Shown here: positions 16,495 through 25,782 of the stretch, in pieces | Numbering within the stretch: position 1 is the first letter of the stretch | Layout: every line of letters starts with the position of its first letter | Assembly (NCBI GenBank): GCA_034661015.1 | Contig: JAYEKN010000022.1 | Location: 1-26,766, forward strand | Length of the DNA stretch: 26,766 bases | Direction of reading: 5' to 3' | DNA from: Candidatus Cloacimonadota bacterium | GTDB lineage: Bacteria > Cloacimonadota > Cloacimonadia > JGIOTU-2 | Position numbers and translations under genes: made by a program | The notes under the pieces: model-generated | Databases searched by the model: none | Seen by the model: the letters and a program-made list of their open reading frames with translations, nothing else | What the model was told of the DNA's origin: nothing

Positions 16495-16523
16495 TTGACA
16501 CAATTCTAGTAAATTCAAATATA
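16495..16523 (+). promoter_or_regulatory. Possible sigma70-like promoter for nadK (TTGACA, 17 nt, AATATA); it would give a near-leaderless nadK mRNA
   Basis: ttgaca caattctagtaaattca aatata, with the ATG of nadK 8 nt downstream. No Shine-Dalgarno sequence lies upstream of that ATG. Confidence 0.3.
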
Positions 16524-16530
16524 TGTTCCT

Positions 16531-17361
16531 ATGAAATCAATAGGAATTTATTATAATCCTTTGCATTTTACTGATCGGTCTAAGATTTCCAAAAAGATAA
16601 AATATTTAAGAGATTGTGGCTTAAATGTTTTTCTCTTAGATGAACAAAAAGATGCGATATTCTCTAACATAACGTATGTAAAAAAATTTCTCAGAAGGCA
16701 AATTGATTCTGTAATTGTTTTCGGTGGTGATGGTACAATGTTAGCAATAGCCAGAAAAATCCTCTTTGAAGGAATACCTTTACTGGGATTCAATTACGGA
16801 AAATTAGGTTTCCTTTCCGAGTGTAATAAAAATGAGTTCATTCAAATTATTGATAAACTCATACACAAAAATTACTCTATTGAAAAAAGAGATGCCCTTT
16901 ATTGCAAAGTAAATAATGACCAATATTACGCCATAAACGATATTGTTCTTTCCAAAGGTAACTACCCGAAACTAATCGGTATAAATATTTATCAAAATAA
17001 TGATTATTTATACATGTTACGGGGGGATGGAGTAATAATCGCAACCCCAATCGGTTCTACAGCCTACTCCCTTTCTGCCGGCGGTTCAATCTTACATCCT
17101 GATTGTAAAAATTTTATTGTTACTCCAATCAATCCGCATAATCAATTTTCAAAACCGGTTGTGTTTTCTTCCGATTCAAATTTTGAAATAAAATTGGAGA
17201 GTAACGTCAAATGTTGGTTAAGCATTGATGGAGAAAATACTTGCAGAGTATCCCAACTCGACAAAATAAACATAGAAAAATCGAAATATCAATCTTACTT
17301 TATAAAATTTAAAAATAAAAATTTTCTCAGAATCTTGAGAAAAAAATTCACTCTGGAATAA
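16531..17361 (+). CDS. nadK: NAD+ kinase
   Basis: GGDGT motif (VFGGDGTMLAIARK) and the NadK NE/D short motif; 276 aa. Confidence 0.85.
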   Translation: MKSIGIYYNPLHFTDRSKISKKIKYLRDCGLNVFLLDEQKDAIFSNITYVKKFLRRQIDSVIVFGGDGTMLAIARKILFEGIPLLGFNYGKLGFLSECNKNEFIQIIDKLIHKNYSIEKRDALYCKVNNDQYYAINDIVLSKGNYPKLIGINIYQNNDYLYMLRGDGVIIATPIGSTAYSLSAGGSILHPDCKNFIVTPINPHNQFSKPVVFSSDSNFEIKLESNVKCWLSIDGENTCRVSQLDKINIEKSKYQSYFIKFKNKNFLRILRKKFTLE

Positions 17362-17367
17362 AAAATT

Positions 17368-17979
17368 ATGTATTCAAAAAATTCAGAATATGAAAAGATC
17401 AATTATGATTCGGATGATATTTTAACCCTTCCAAATATTTTAACTTTTATCCGCCTAATTATTTTACCATTCATTTTAATTTATTTTACCAAAGGACATA
17501 ATTGGGTTGCTTTTTGGTTATTAATATTAGCCGGCATTACAGATATCGCTGATGGCTACTTAGCAAGAAGAATGAATCAAACTACACCTTTCGGAAGAAT
17601 ATTAGATCCGGTTGTAGATAAAATTTTTTTCCTTATGATAATCGTCTTCCTTATGTTTTATTCCGATTTCCCTTTATGGGCATTTATAAGTATAATCTTT
17701 CTGGAATTTCTCATCTTACTTGGTAGTTATATTTTAATGAAAAATTACCGACTCGTGCCAAGTTCTAATATTTTTGGGAAAATTGCCGTAACATTTCTGA
17801 GCCTTGCCGTGTATATGTATATTTTGAATATTGGATTCTTCAATCAGACAATTTTCGCAAATATTTCTTTGCAATACTTGACATTGATAATCGGGATTCT
17901 GCTTTTGTTCAATGCAACGGTGATTTATGCAAAATCCGTAGTTGACGTTATTAAGAAAATAAAAAATCAGGAGAAATAA
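17368..17979 (+). CDS. pgsA: CDP-alcohol phosphatidyltransferase (probably CDP-diacylglycerol--glycerol-3-phosphate 3-phosphatidyltransferase)
   Basis: D-x2-DG-x2-AR-x8-G-x3-D-x3-D motif: DIADGYLARRMNQTTPFGRILDPVVD. 203 aa, polytopic. Confidence 0.7.
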   Translation: MYSKNSEYEKINYDSDDILTLPNILTFIRLIILPFILIYFTKGHNWVAFWLLILAGITDIADGYLARRMNQTTPFGRILDPVVDKIFFLMIIVFLMFYSDFPLWAFISIIFLEFLILLGSYILMKNYRLVPSSNIFGKIAVTFLSLAVYMYILNIGFFNQTIFANISLQYLTLIIGILLLFNATVIYAKSVVDVIKKIKNQEK

Positions 17980-18932
17980 TGACATTGTTAAGTATTTCAA
18001 GAAGGATGAAGAATATCCTTCTTCTGGGTGCAATTTTCATCTCACTCATCATTGCTTTCAACAAATCGAATATCGTGGATGCATTTCTTAGACCTAAAGA
18101 CGTAAAATCAGAATCCCCGAAAAGAGCTCTGACTTTATTTGAAAGTAATGAATATAATCAAAAAATCGAATTAGAATTTGTTACTCAAGATATCTCATCT
18201 TTTAAGCAAACAATCAACAAAATTATCATTGAGAATAACCTGAACTCAATCTATTCATCCGCAAAAACCAATAAAAATATTTGCAAATTGCTTGAGATCC
18301 CCCAAGACAAATATTCGGAAATTCTTGCTCCCCTTTTAACTTCTAATGATTTAACATCAGAGGAACTTGTCCAAGCTCCGGATTTTCTTACTATTTCCGA
18401 TATAGAAGATCGAATTAAAACTGCAGAAAAATTGAAAAAAAGAATGTTGGAAGATAACAAATCCAGTTCAAGTCTTTCATATAAAGATCAGGATATTACA
18501 GAATTACAACAACAAATTGAAGATCAGGAAAATCGAATTGAAGATTTAAAGTCACTCCTGCAACAAAAAAAGAACAAATCCGGTGTAATGTTGGCAAAAA
18601 TTGATGTGTCAAATATAGTCTATAAATCATCAATAATCAAAATTGCAATAAATTCCTTTGGCATTACTTTTTTTATCTCATTGATATTTATCACCCTTTC
18701 GTTAATAGTGATCTATCTTATTTTGGTTGGTTTTGCGAAATTGTTAAGAATACTTGGTATTCGAACTACTTCCGGAGGGGGATCTTCTTACGGTTCTCGT
18801 TATGGTGGATACAGTAGCTACGGGGGATATGGCGGATACGGTGGTTATTCTTCAGGTAGAAAAAAAATTAAGCGTAAATATATCAGAAAAGACAAAAGCA
18901 AAGAACCGGAAACAGATTCAAAAGATAAATAA
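17979..18932 (+). CDS. Membrane-anchored coiled-coil protein with a C-terminal TM segment and a Gly/Tyr/Ser-rich basic tail (DUF4349-like architecture; function unknown)
   Basis: TAATG overlap with pgsA. N-terminal TM (ILLLGAIFISLIIAF); heptad-rich middle (QQQIEDQENRIEDLKSLLQQKK); TM segment ITFFISLIFITLSLIVIYLILVGF; then GGGSSYGSRYGGYSSYGGYGGYGGYSSGRKKIKRKYIRKDK. Confidence 0.6.
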   Translation: MTLLSISRRMKNILLLGAIFISLIIAFNKSNIVDAFLRPKDVKSESPKRALTLFESNEYNQKIELEFVTQDISSFKQTINKIIIENNLNSIYSSAKTNKNICKLLEIPQDKYSEILAPLLTSNDLTSEELVQAPDFLTISDIEDRIKTAEKLKKRMLEDNKSSSSLSYKDQDITELQQQIEDQENRIEDLKSLLQQKKNKSGVMLAKIDVSNIVYKSSIIKIAINSFGITFFISLIFITLSLIVIYLILVGFAKLLRILGIRTTSGGGSSYGSRYGGYSSYGGYGGYGGYSSGRKKIKRKYIRKDKSKEPETDSKDK

Positions 18933-19166
18933 ATGTGGTTATATTGGATTATTTTAGGACTTATTTTGATCTTTCTTGAAATATTTTTTGCATATAAATT
19001 TTATTTTCTCATAATCGGATTTTCTGCACTTGAAACCGGAATTTCAAATATTCTCGGATTAAATAGAATTATATATCAAATATTGATTTGCATTATACTA
19101 ATAATTTTGAACACTCTCTTTTTTAGAAAATTATTGCAAAAATATTTTGTGAATCAGGATGAATAA
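18933..19166 (+). CDS. Small membrane protein (77 aa, 2-3 TM), translationally coupled to the upstream gene
   Basis: The stop of the upstream gene overlaps the start (TAAATG). The sequence is strongly hydrophobic: MWLYWIILGLILIFLEIFFAYKFYFLIIGFSALETG... Confidence 0.45.
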   Translation: MWLYWIILGLILIFLEIFFAYKFYFLIIGFSALETGISNILGLNRIIYQILICIILIILNTLFFRKLLQKYFVNQDE

Positions 19167-19253
19167 ACCATTATTTCAATTTCTTTGACAAAAAATGTAC
19201 AGACAGAAGAAAGTAGTTCTTTCAAATCAATCAAAAAAATTATAAGGAGCATA

Positions 19254-19505
19254 ATGCCAAGTCATAAATCATGCGAAAAAAGAATAAGATCTGATGCAAA
19301 AAAACGTGAGCGAAATCATTATCTAAAAAAGAGCATTAGAACTTTGATTAAAAAGTTTAAATCAGCTGATGAAAAAGAAAAGATGAAAGAGCTTTTATCT
19401 GCAATATATTCGATCGTTGACAAAGCTGCCAAAACTAATGTTATTCATAAGAATAAAGCAGCACGTCAAAAAGCACGTTTAACAAAATATTATAACAATT
19501 ATTAA
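19254..19505 (+). CDS. rpsT: 30S ribosomal protein S20
   Basis: RBS aaggag lies 4 nt before ATG 19254. MPSHKSCEKRIRSDAKKRERNHYLKKSIRTLIKKF...KAARQKARLTKYY matches the S20 pattern (MANxKSAxKRxR...). 84 aa, highly basic. Confidence 0.85.
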   Translation: MPSHKSCEKRIRSDAKKRERNHYLKKSIRTLIKKFKSADEKEKMKELLSAIYSIVDKAAKTNVIHKNKAARQKARLTKYYNNY

Positions 19506-19529
19506 AAGTCATATACTTTAAGTATTATC

Positions 19530-22500
19530 TTGATTAGACGATTTCAATTAGCATTATTTTTGGGATTTATTGGTTTAGTCACCACTATTGTGGCTAAACC
19601 AATTTTTATAACAAATTCCCAATCTTCAAACCTATCCATTAATTTCACCCTTGGAAAATATAGCCTCCACAATTCCGATCAATTTTCCTTCATCGATGCC
19701 AAACATCTAAGTTTTACCGATATTTCAGGAGAAGCAAGAATTCCTCTATATTCTTTTCTCGTTGGAATTCCGCAAGAGGGTCAACTTAAATATAAAATTG
19801 AAAATCAAAGATATGTACAAAAGCATTTACAATATCCTCTCGCTCCCTGCCCCAAATACATAGAATCTGACACAGACGAAACCCACCGAGCAGTTTTTGA
19901 GATCAATCCGAAAATTTACCGCAAATCTCTCAATACAAAATTGATTACCTTGTCAGACCCTTTCATATGGAGGAATCAGCGAGTTGTTCGAGTTACAATA
20001 TGTCCTTTTCAAATTGAAAATCAAATGGTTACAGTAACTGAAAATTTTGATATTAATTTCGATATTACGGGAAACACTTTTTACAGAAAAGAATTTGCAG
20101 ATAAATATTTTCGGAGCGTTTACGAAAATTCCATAATAAACTTTGACGTAGCAAAATATTGGAGTGTGCCTCAAACCAGACCTCAACCGGAAAATCCATT
20201 TGAAATTGCTGATAGATGGTTTAAAATCCCTATTTCACAAGATGGGATTTACAAAATTACCAAATCAGAGCTGTCTGAAATTGGGATTGATGTATCAAAC
20301 CTTAATCCAGAATCCATAAAAATCTTTAATGGCAGCGGACGCTCATTAGATAGAGATGCTCCAACTGATATTCCGACTTTTGAAGAAATTCCGGTTTTTA
20401 TTAATGATAATGGTTCTGATTTTTCCATTTATTTTTATGCCAGAGATACAGATGGTTTTGAAATGAATCAGGAATATGGGCAATATTTCAATCCATATAC
20501 ACCCGATAATATTTATTGGTTAACTTACAATACCGTTCTTCTAAGAAAAAACAAAAATCACAAACCCCATTTTCCATCCGGATTTTCAAAACGAGAAGAA
20601 ATAAATACTTTCGCCTTTAAAAATCACTTGGAAGAAGAGAAAACCAGAATTGCCAATAAAAAACCGTATGAATTGATAAAGTGGGTATGGTCAAATTGCG
20701 GAGACGTGGTGAATTTCTCTAAAGAATTCAATATTAATGTTGAGAATTTGGATTCGGAATACGATCAAAAAATTTCCGTTAATCTTGTTTCAAGTTCGTA
20801 CGGTAGCAATGATGATTTGGCTGTATATCTGAACAATCAACTTGTTGGCACATCCAATGTTTACAATGGCACCCACATTTTCAGCGGAGACATTTTTGAA
20901 AACGGGACAAATCAATTGAGGATAGAAATTCATCCTCCTGCGGGTATCGCTCGTCTTGGCTTGAATTATATCGAAATTGAATATCAAAAATATCTTAAGT
21001 TGCTGGACAATAACTTAAAATTTTCTCCTCCTGAAGATAGTACAACTTATACTTATCACATCCGGAATGTTGATAATGATAATTTGCAATTATTAAAAAT
21101 TAATAATTTTTACGATATAGAAAAAATTTCTGAGTACGATTACAACTCGTCAACTAAAGTTTTAACATTTTCTGATTATGCCGAAAATACCGATATTCAA
21201 TATTTAATTGCTGAAGAAGACGGATTTATTACAACCGATGGGATCGTGGAAAAATTCAAACCGTCTGTGTATCTTTCATCCTGGAATAATGAGAATGGAA
21301 TTGTTTCGGAGTTTGAAGAAAACAGTTGGTTGCGGGATTCAAATACTTTGCAGAATATTGATTATATTATCATCTCCCCAAATTCCGACGATTTTTTTGA
21401 AAAACTAAAAGATATTGCCACAATGCACAGTCAGCACGATTCTATGCGAGTCCTTTTGGTTAAATTAGACGATATTTATGATGAATTTTCATGGGGATTG
21501 CCGGATGTAGTTGCCATCCAATTGTTTTTGAAATACGCTAAGAATTACTATTCCCAGGATCCGGCACACATTGTTAGTTATGCTCTTCTCGGTGGTGACG
21601 GGACGAATGATTATCGCAACTATGAATCTATTACAGGTGATAAAAACAAAATACCACCGTTTTTAAAGGGTGAAACGTACACGAGCGCTTCCGATGATTA
21701 TTTTGGAATGTTTACCCAAAACACACATCCGGAAATGATGATCGGCAGGCTTCCGTGCCAAACCTATCGGGAACTCGAAACTGTTGTGAATAAAACAACA
21801 AATTATGTAATGAATCCAAACTATGGTTTTTGGCGAAGCAATGTCATCCTAAATCCTGATGATTTTCTAAAAGAAGGGGATCTCTGGGATGAACCGATAC
21901 ATACCCGTACTCTTGAAGAAAGTTGTGCGGTTTATATTCGAGAATATGTTAACTTGATAAAATTGTATTCGTGCGATTATCCCTTTGACGAATCCTTAAA
22001 TAAACCGGAAGTAACCAAAGATATAATAAAATACATCAACAACGGAGCTTCCATATATTTTTATGCGGGTCATGGAGCATATTATGTGCTTGGAGATGAA
22101 GATTATTTCCGGGCATCACGAGACATTCCAAAATTAACAAACATTGATAAATTAACTTTCTTTATCGCTTCTTCATGTAGTGTGGGTGAATTTGATCCGA
22201 ACTGCTTTCAATCAATGGCTGAATTGGTGGTTAGTTCCCAAAATGGCGGTGCAGTAGCCTCTGTGGCTGCAACGAGAGGAACCAATCATGGTTTTTGCCG
22301 TAAAGTTGTCAAATTTCTTTCCTTACATGCAAGCACCAATGCCACCATCGGGCAAGGGGTACTAATTGCAAAATCAGGCTCAGTCGTTTCCCGCAATCAT
22401 CCCCTATATGTTTTATTCGGAGATCCAGCAATTCAACTTGCAATTCCTCCGATTTCCGGTCAAATAACAATTCCCGAAAATTTTCCTGATTCTATCAAAA

Positions 22501-23510
22501 CTCGTCAGACTGCTCAGTGTATTGGAAATATTGCTGATAATACTGATTATGATGAAACTTTTTCTGTTGTCTTTGATAGTGATTATATGAAATATATTGT
22601 AAATACTAATTTGGATAATAATCCCGACACTCTTACAAGTGGGGACACACTGTCATTTCGAGTTAAAGGAAAACCGGTTTTTAAAGGACCGGTTTCTGTT
22701 ACACAAGACATTAGCAATCTAAATTTTATCGTTCCGGACGATGCTCTGAGGGGCGAATGGGGACGCATTCTTTCATATTCGGCAAACGCCTCTGAAAATG
22801 ACGATATAATGCTTAATTATCAGAAACGTTTTGAACCCGAAAATCATAACCTAAAAATAAACGGTTTTGCCAGTGCGGAAAATGATGGACCTCCCCTTAT
22901 TTCATGTAAATTAGATAAAGATGATTTTCAGGACGGTGATTTTGTTTCCTCTTCACCAATAATTTATGCTAATATCTCGGACAGCAATGGAATAAACATT
23001 ACAAATTCGCCCGGGCACAGAATTCTTTACCAATTAGACGATCAATCGGAAGTAAATATCACGGATTACTTTGTCTATGATAAAGATTCCTATTCAGCAG
23101 GAAAACTTGAATACAAGATGGAGAATATCGGGGTTGGTTCTCACACACTCCAAATAAAAGCCTTTGACAATTTTAATAAATTTGCAAACACTGAGATAAA
23201 TTTCCAAGTCCAAAACCCCGATGATATTACTGCAAAAAACGTATTGAATTATCCGAACCCAATGCAAAATTATACTTATTTCACCTTCTATTTAGATGAC
23301 AACGTGGACATAGATATTTCAATTTTTACGATCAGTGGAAAACTTATAAAAAAAATCAAAAACCAAACCGGGGTAATAGGTTATAACCAAATTTATTGGG
23401 ACGGTAAAGATGGGGATGGGGATATCCCGGCAAATGGACTTTATTTCTATAAATTCTCAATAAATTCAAAAAAGCAAACTAAAATTTTCAAACTTTTTAT
23501 TCATCACTAA
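19530..23510 (+). CDS. Gingipain-like peptidase C25 family protein with a T9SS C-terminal sorting domain
   Basis: 1326 aa. The catalytic dyad His (IYFYAGHGAYYVLGDE) then Cys (FFIASSCSVGEFD) is in clan-CD order. The C-terminal NYPNPMQNYTYFTFYLD...GLYFYKFSINSKKQTKIFKLFIHH is a T9SS C-terminal domain. The TTG start is uncertain. Confidence 0.75.
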   Translation: MIRRFQLALFLGFIGLVTTIVAKPIFITNSQSSNLSINFTLGKYSLHNSDQFSFIDAKHLSFTDISGEARIPLYSFLVGIPQEGQLKYKIENQRYVQKHLQYPLAPCPKYIESDTDETHRAVFEINPKIYRKSLNTKLITLSDPFIWRNQRVVRVTICPFQIENQMVTVTENFDINFDITGNTFYRKEFADKYFRSVYENSIINFDVAKYWSVPQTRPQPENPFEIADRWFKIPISQDGIYKITKSELSEIGIDVSNLNPESIKIFNGSGRSLDRDAPTDIPTFEEIPVFINDNGSDFSIYFYARDTDGFEMNQEYGQYFNPYTPDNIYWLTYNTVLLRKNKNHKPHFPSGFSKREEINTFAFKNHLEEEKTRIANKKPYELIKWVWSNCGDVVNFSKEFNINVENLDSEYDQKISVNLVSSSYGSNDDLAVYLNNQLVGTSNVYNGTHIFSGDIFENGTNQLRIEIHPPAGIARLGLNYIEIEYQKYLKLLDNNLKFSPPEDSTTYTYHIRNVDNDNLQLLKINNFYDIEKISEYDYNSSTKVLTFSDYAENTDIQYLIAEEDGFITTDGIVEKFKPSVYLSSWNNENGIVSEFEENSWLRDSNTLQNIDYIIISPNSDDFFEKLKDIATMHSQHDSMRVLLVKLDDIYDEFSWGLPDVVAIQLFLKYAKNYYSQDPAHIVSYALLGGDGTNDYRNYESITGDKNKIPPFLKGETYTSASDDYFGMFTQNTHPEMMIGRLPCQTYRELETVVNKTTNYVMNPNYGFWRSNVILNPDDFLKEGDLWDEPIHTRTLEESCAVYIREYVNLIKLYSCDYPFDESLNKPEVTKDIIKYINNGASIYFYAGHGAYYVLGDEDYFRASRDIPKLTNIDKLTFFIASSCSVGEFDPNCFQSMAELVVSSQNGGAVASVAATRGTNHGFCRKVVKFLSLHASTNATIGQGVLIAKSGSVVSRNHPLYVLFGDPAIQLAIPPISGQITIPENFPDSIKTRQTAQCIGNIADNTDYDETFSVVFDSDYMKYIVNTNLDNNPDTLTSGDTLSFRVKGKPVFKGPVSVTQDISNLNFIVPDDALRGEWGRILSYSANASENDDIMLNYQKRFEPENHNLKINGFASAENDGPPLISCKLDKDDFQDGDFVSSSPIIYANISDSNGINITNSPGHRILYQLDDQSEVNITDYFVYDKDSYSAGKLEYKMENIGVGSHTLQIKAFDNFNKFANTEINFQVQNPDDITAKNVLNYPNPMQNYTYFTFYLDDNVDIDISIFTISGKLIKKIKNQTGVIGYNQIYWDGKDGDGDIPANGLYFYKFSINSKKQTKIFKLFIHH

Positions 23511-23588
23511 CACGATGCGAGAGATGAAATGTAAATTCTTATTTCACTTTTCACTTTCCCCATCACACTAATCTTTCACGAGGTTTCT

Positions 23589-25220
23589 ATGAAAAAAGAA
23601 TATCAAGAATCGGTAAAAAAAGTAATTGACCGATTCCCTGAACGAAAAAAGGAATTTCTTTCAGGTTCCTCCGAAAAAATTGAACGACTTTATACTCCCG
23701 ATGACACACAAGCAATAGATTTTGAAACTGAAATCGGTTATCCGGGATTATTTCCCTATACTCGTGGCGTTCAGCCTACAATGTATCGGGGTAGATTTTG
23801 GACAATGCGTCAATATGCAGGATTTGGTAATGCCGAAGAGTCAAACCGACGATATAAATATTTGCTCGAACAAGGGCAAACGGGTCTTTCGATTGCTTTC
23901 GATCTTTGCACTCAGATTGGTTTGGATTCGGACGATCCTATGAGCGTTGGTGAAGTCGGTAAAGTAGGTGTGGCAATTGATTCTCTCGCAGATATGGAAA
24001 CTCTTTTTGACGGAATTCCTTTAGATAAAGTCTCAACTTCGATGACAATTAACGCTCCTGCTGCGATTTTGCTGGCGATGTATATTGCAGTTGCAGAAAA
24101 ACAAGGAGTATCCCGGAAACAACTGAAAGGGACAATTCAAAACGATATTCTTAAGGAATATATGGCTCGAGGTACTTACATTTTCCCCCCGGAACCATCA
24201 ATGAGATTGATCACGAATACATTTCAATATTGTTCGGAAAATATTCCGGGTTGGAACACTATTTCGGTTTCAGGTTACCATATTCGGGAAGCAGGTTCTT
24301 CGGCAGTTCAAGAAATAGCATTCACAATAGCAGATGGAATTGCATATATCGAGTCCGCAATAAAAGCCGGTTTGGACGTAAATTCCTTTGCTCCCCGCAT
24401 CTCATTTTTCTTTAATGCTCACAACGATCTTTTTGAAGAGATCGCTAAATTCCGGGCTGCAAGAAAACTGTGGGCATATATAATGAAAGAACGCTTTGGA
24501 GTAAAAAGTCCCAAATCAATGAAACTTCGCTTTCATACTCAGACCGGTGGCTCTACACTCACCGCCCAACAGCCGGATAATAACATCGTGCGAGTGGCAA
24601 TCCAAACTCTCGCTGCGGTTTTGGGTGGAACCCAATCTTTGCATACAAATTCACGCGATGAAGCTCTTTCTTTACCGACCGAAGATTCCGTACGCATCGC
24701 ACTCCGAACCCAGCAAATCGTAGCAAACGAAAGTGGCGTTGCGAATACAATTGATCCTCTTGCCGGATCATATTTTGTAGAATCGCTGACGAAAAAAATG
24801 GAAAGCGAAGCCAAACAATACATCAAAAAAATTGATGAAATGGGCGGAATGGTTCATGCAATCGAAATGGGATATCCCCAAAAACAAATTCAGGAAAGTT
24901 CTTACAACTACCAAAAACAGATTGAGAAAGGCGAACGGATAATCGTAGGCGTAAATAAGTTTACCATTGAAAAAGAAGTTCCCAAAGACCTTTTAAAAAT
25001 TGATGAAGACGTTGAACGAGGACAACTCACAAAATTAGCAGAGCTTAAGAAAAATCGCAATTCAAACAAAGTAAAAGAATCTCTTGAAAAAATTCGCGAA
25101 ACCGCTCGCTCCAACAAAAATATGATGCCGGTTTTCCTTGAAGCGGTAAAAAATTATATTACTCTCGGTGAAATTTGCGGAGTTCTGAGAGAAGAATTCG
25201 GAGAATATACCGAAGGTTAG
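23589..25220 (+). CDS. Methylmalonyl-CoA mutase, catalytic (N-terminal, substrate-binding) subunit of the split-type enzyme
   Basis: [26 protein letters not shown] and the following TIM-barrel blocks match the MCM large-subunit N-terminal domain. It ends before the B12 domain, which is the next gene. Confidence 0.85.
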   Translation: MKKEYQESVKKVIDRFPERKKEFLSGSSEKIERLYTPDDTQAIDFETEIGYPGLFPYTRGVQPTMYRGRFWTMRQYAGFGNAEESNRRYKYLLEQGQTGLSIAFDLCTQIGLDSDDPMSVGEVGKVGVAIDSLADMETLFDGIPLDKVSTSMTINAPAAILLAMYIAVAEKQGVSRKQLKGTIQNDILKEYMARGTYIFPPEPSMRLITNTFQYCSENIPGWNTISVSGYHIREAGSSAVQEIAFTIADGIAYIESAIKAGLDVNSFAPRISFFFNAHNDLFEEIAKFRAARKLWAYIMKERFGVKSPKSMKLRFHTQTGGSTLTAQQPDNNIVRVAIQTLAAVLGGTQSLHTNSRDEALSLPTEDSVRIALRTQQIVANESGVANTIDPLAGSYFVESLTKKMESEAKQYIKKIDEMGGMVHAIEMGYPQKQIQESSYNYQKQIEKGERIIVGVNKFTIEKEVPKDLLKIDEDVERGQLTKLAELKKNRNSNKVKESLEKIRETARSNKNMMPVFLEAVKNYITLGEICGVLREEFGEYTEG

Positions 25221-25281
25221 CTGGTTTTGTTTGGATTACTTATTTTAAAAATAGAATTTGTTTAAAAAAATTAGGAGAATT

Positions 25282-25680
25282 ATGAGTAATAAAGTTAGAA
25301 TATTAATCGCAAAACCCGGTCTCGATGGGCATGACAGAGGGGCAAAGTTTATCTCACGTGCTTTGCGAGATGCCGGTTATGAAGTTATCTACACAGGTAT
25401 CCGTCAAACTCCGGAACAAATCGTAGCTGCTGCTATTCAGGAAGATGTAGATTTTCTCGGTTTGAGTATCCTGTCCGGTGCTCATAATGTGCTTTTCAAA
25501 AAAATCACCGATATTCTCAATCAGAAAAAAATTGATGACATTATCCTATTTGCCGGTGGTGTAATTCCCGAAGGTGATATCCCCGGCTTAAAATCACTCG
25601 GATTCAAAGCGATATTCACTCCAGGAGCAAACTCAAAAGAAATCGTTGATTTTATCGAAAATGAATATAAAAACAAATAA
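25282..25680 (+). CDS. Methylmalonyl-CoA mutase B12-binding (C-terminal domain) subunit
   Basis: RBS aggaga lies before ATG 25282. The DxHxxG cobalamin motif is present ([11 protein letters not shown]). Rossmann-like, about 133 aa. Confidence 0.85.
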   Translation: MSNKVRILIAKPGLDGHDRGAKFISRALRDAGYEVIYTGIRQTPEQIVAAAIQEDVDFLGLSILSGAHNVLFKKITDILNQKKIDDIILFAGGVIPEGDIPGLKSLGFKAIFTPGANSKEIVDFIENEYKNK

Positions 25681-25698
25681 ACGAAGGCGAAATTGGCA

Positions 25699-25724
25699 AA
25701 GGCGAAATTGGCCAATTTCGCCTT
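25699..25724. repeat. Perfect 26-bp palindrome aaggcgaaaTTGGCCAAtttcgcctt (REP-like), preceded by a direct partial copy gaaggcgaaattggc
   Basis: It shares the centre TTGGCCAA and the arms ggcga/tcgcc with the 38-bp palindrome at 366-403. Confidence 0.8.
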
Positions 25725-25745
25725 CAACAACAACAACAACAACAA
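25725..25745. repeat. (CAA)7 microsatellite, 38 nt upstream of the SPFH-gene start
   Basis: caacaacaacaacaacaacaa followed by catcgccaacaacc. It is intergenic if the ATG at 25783 with its RBS is the true start. Confidence 0.8.
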
Positions 25746-25782
25746 CATCGCCAACAACCAATTTCTCGGAAAGGAGAAAAAA

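Noticed and set aside
18933-19166. NfeD partner of the SPFH protein
   Set aside because: The 77-aa protein has only TM helices and no OB-fold domain. It is 6.6 kb away from the SPFH gene on the far side of other operons.
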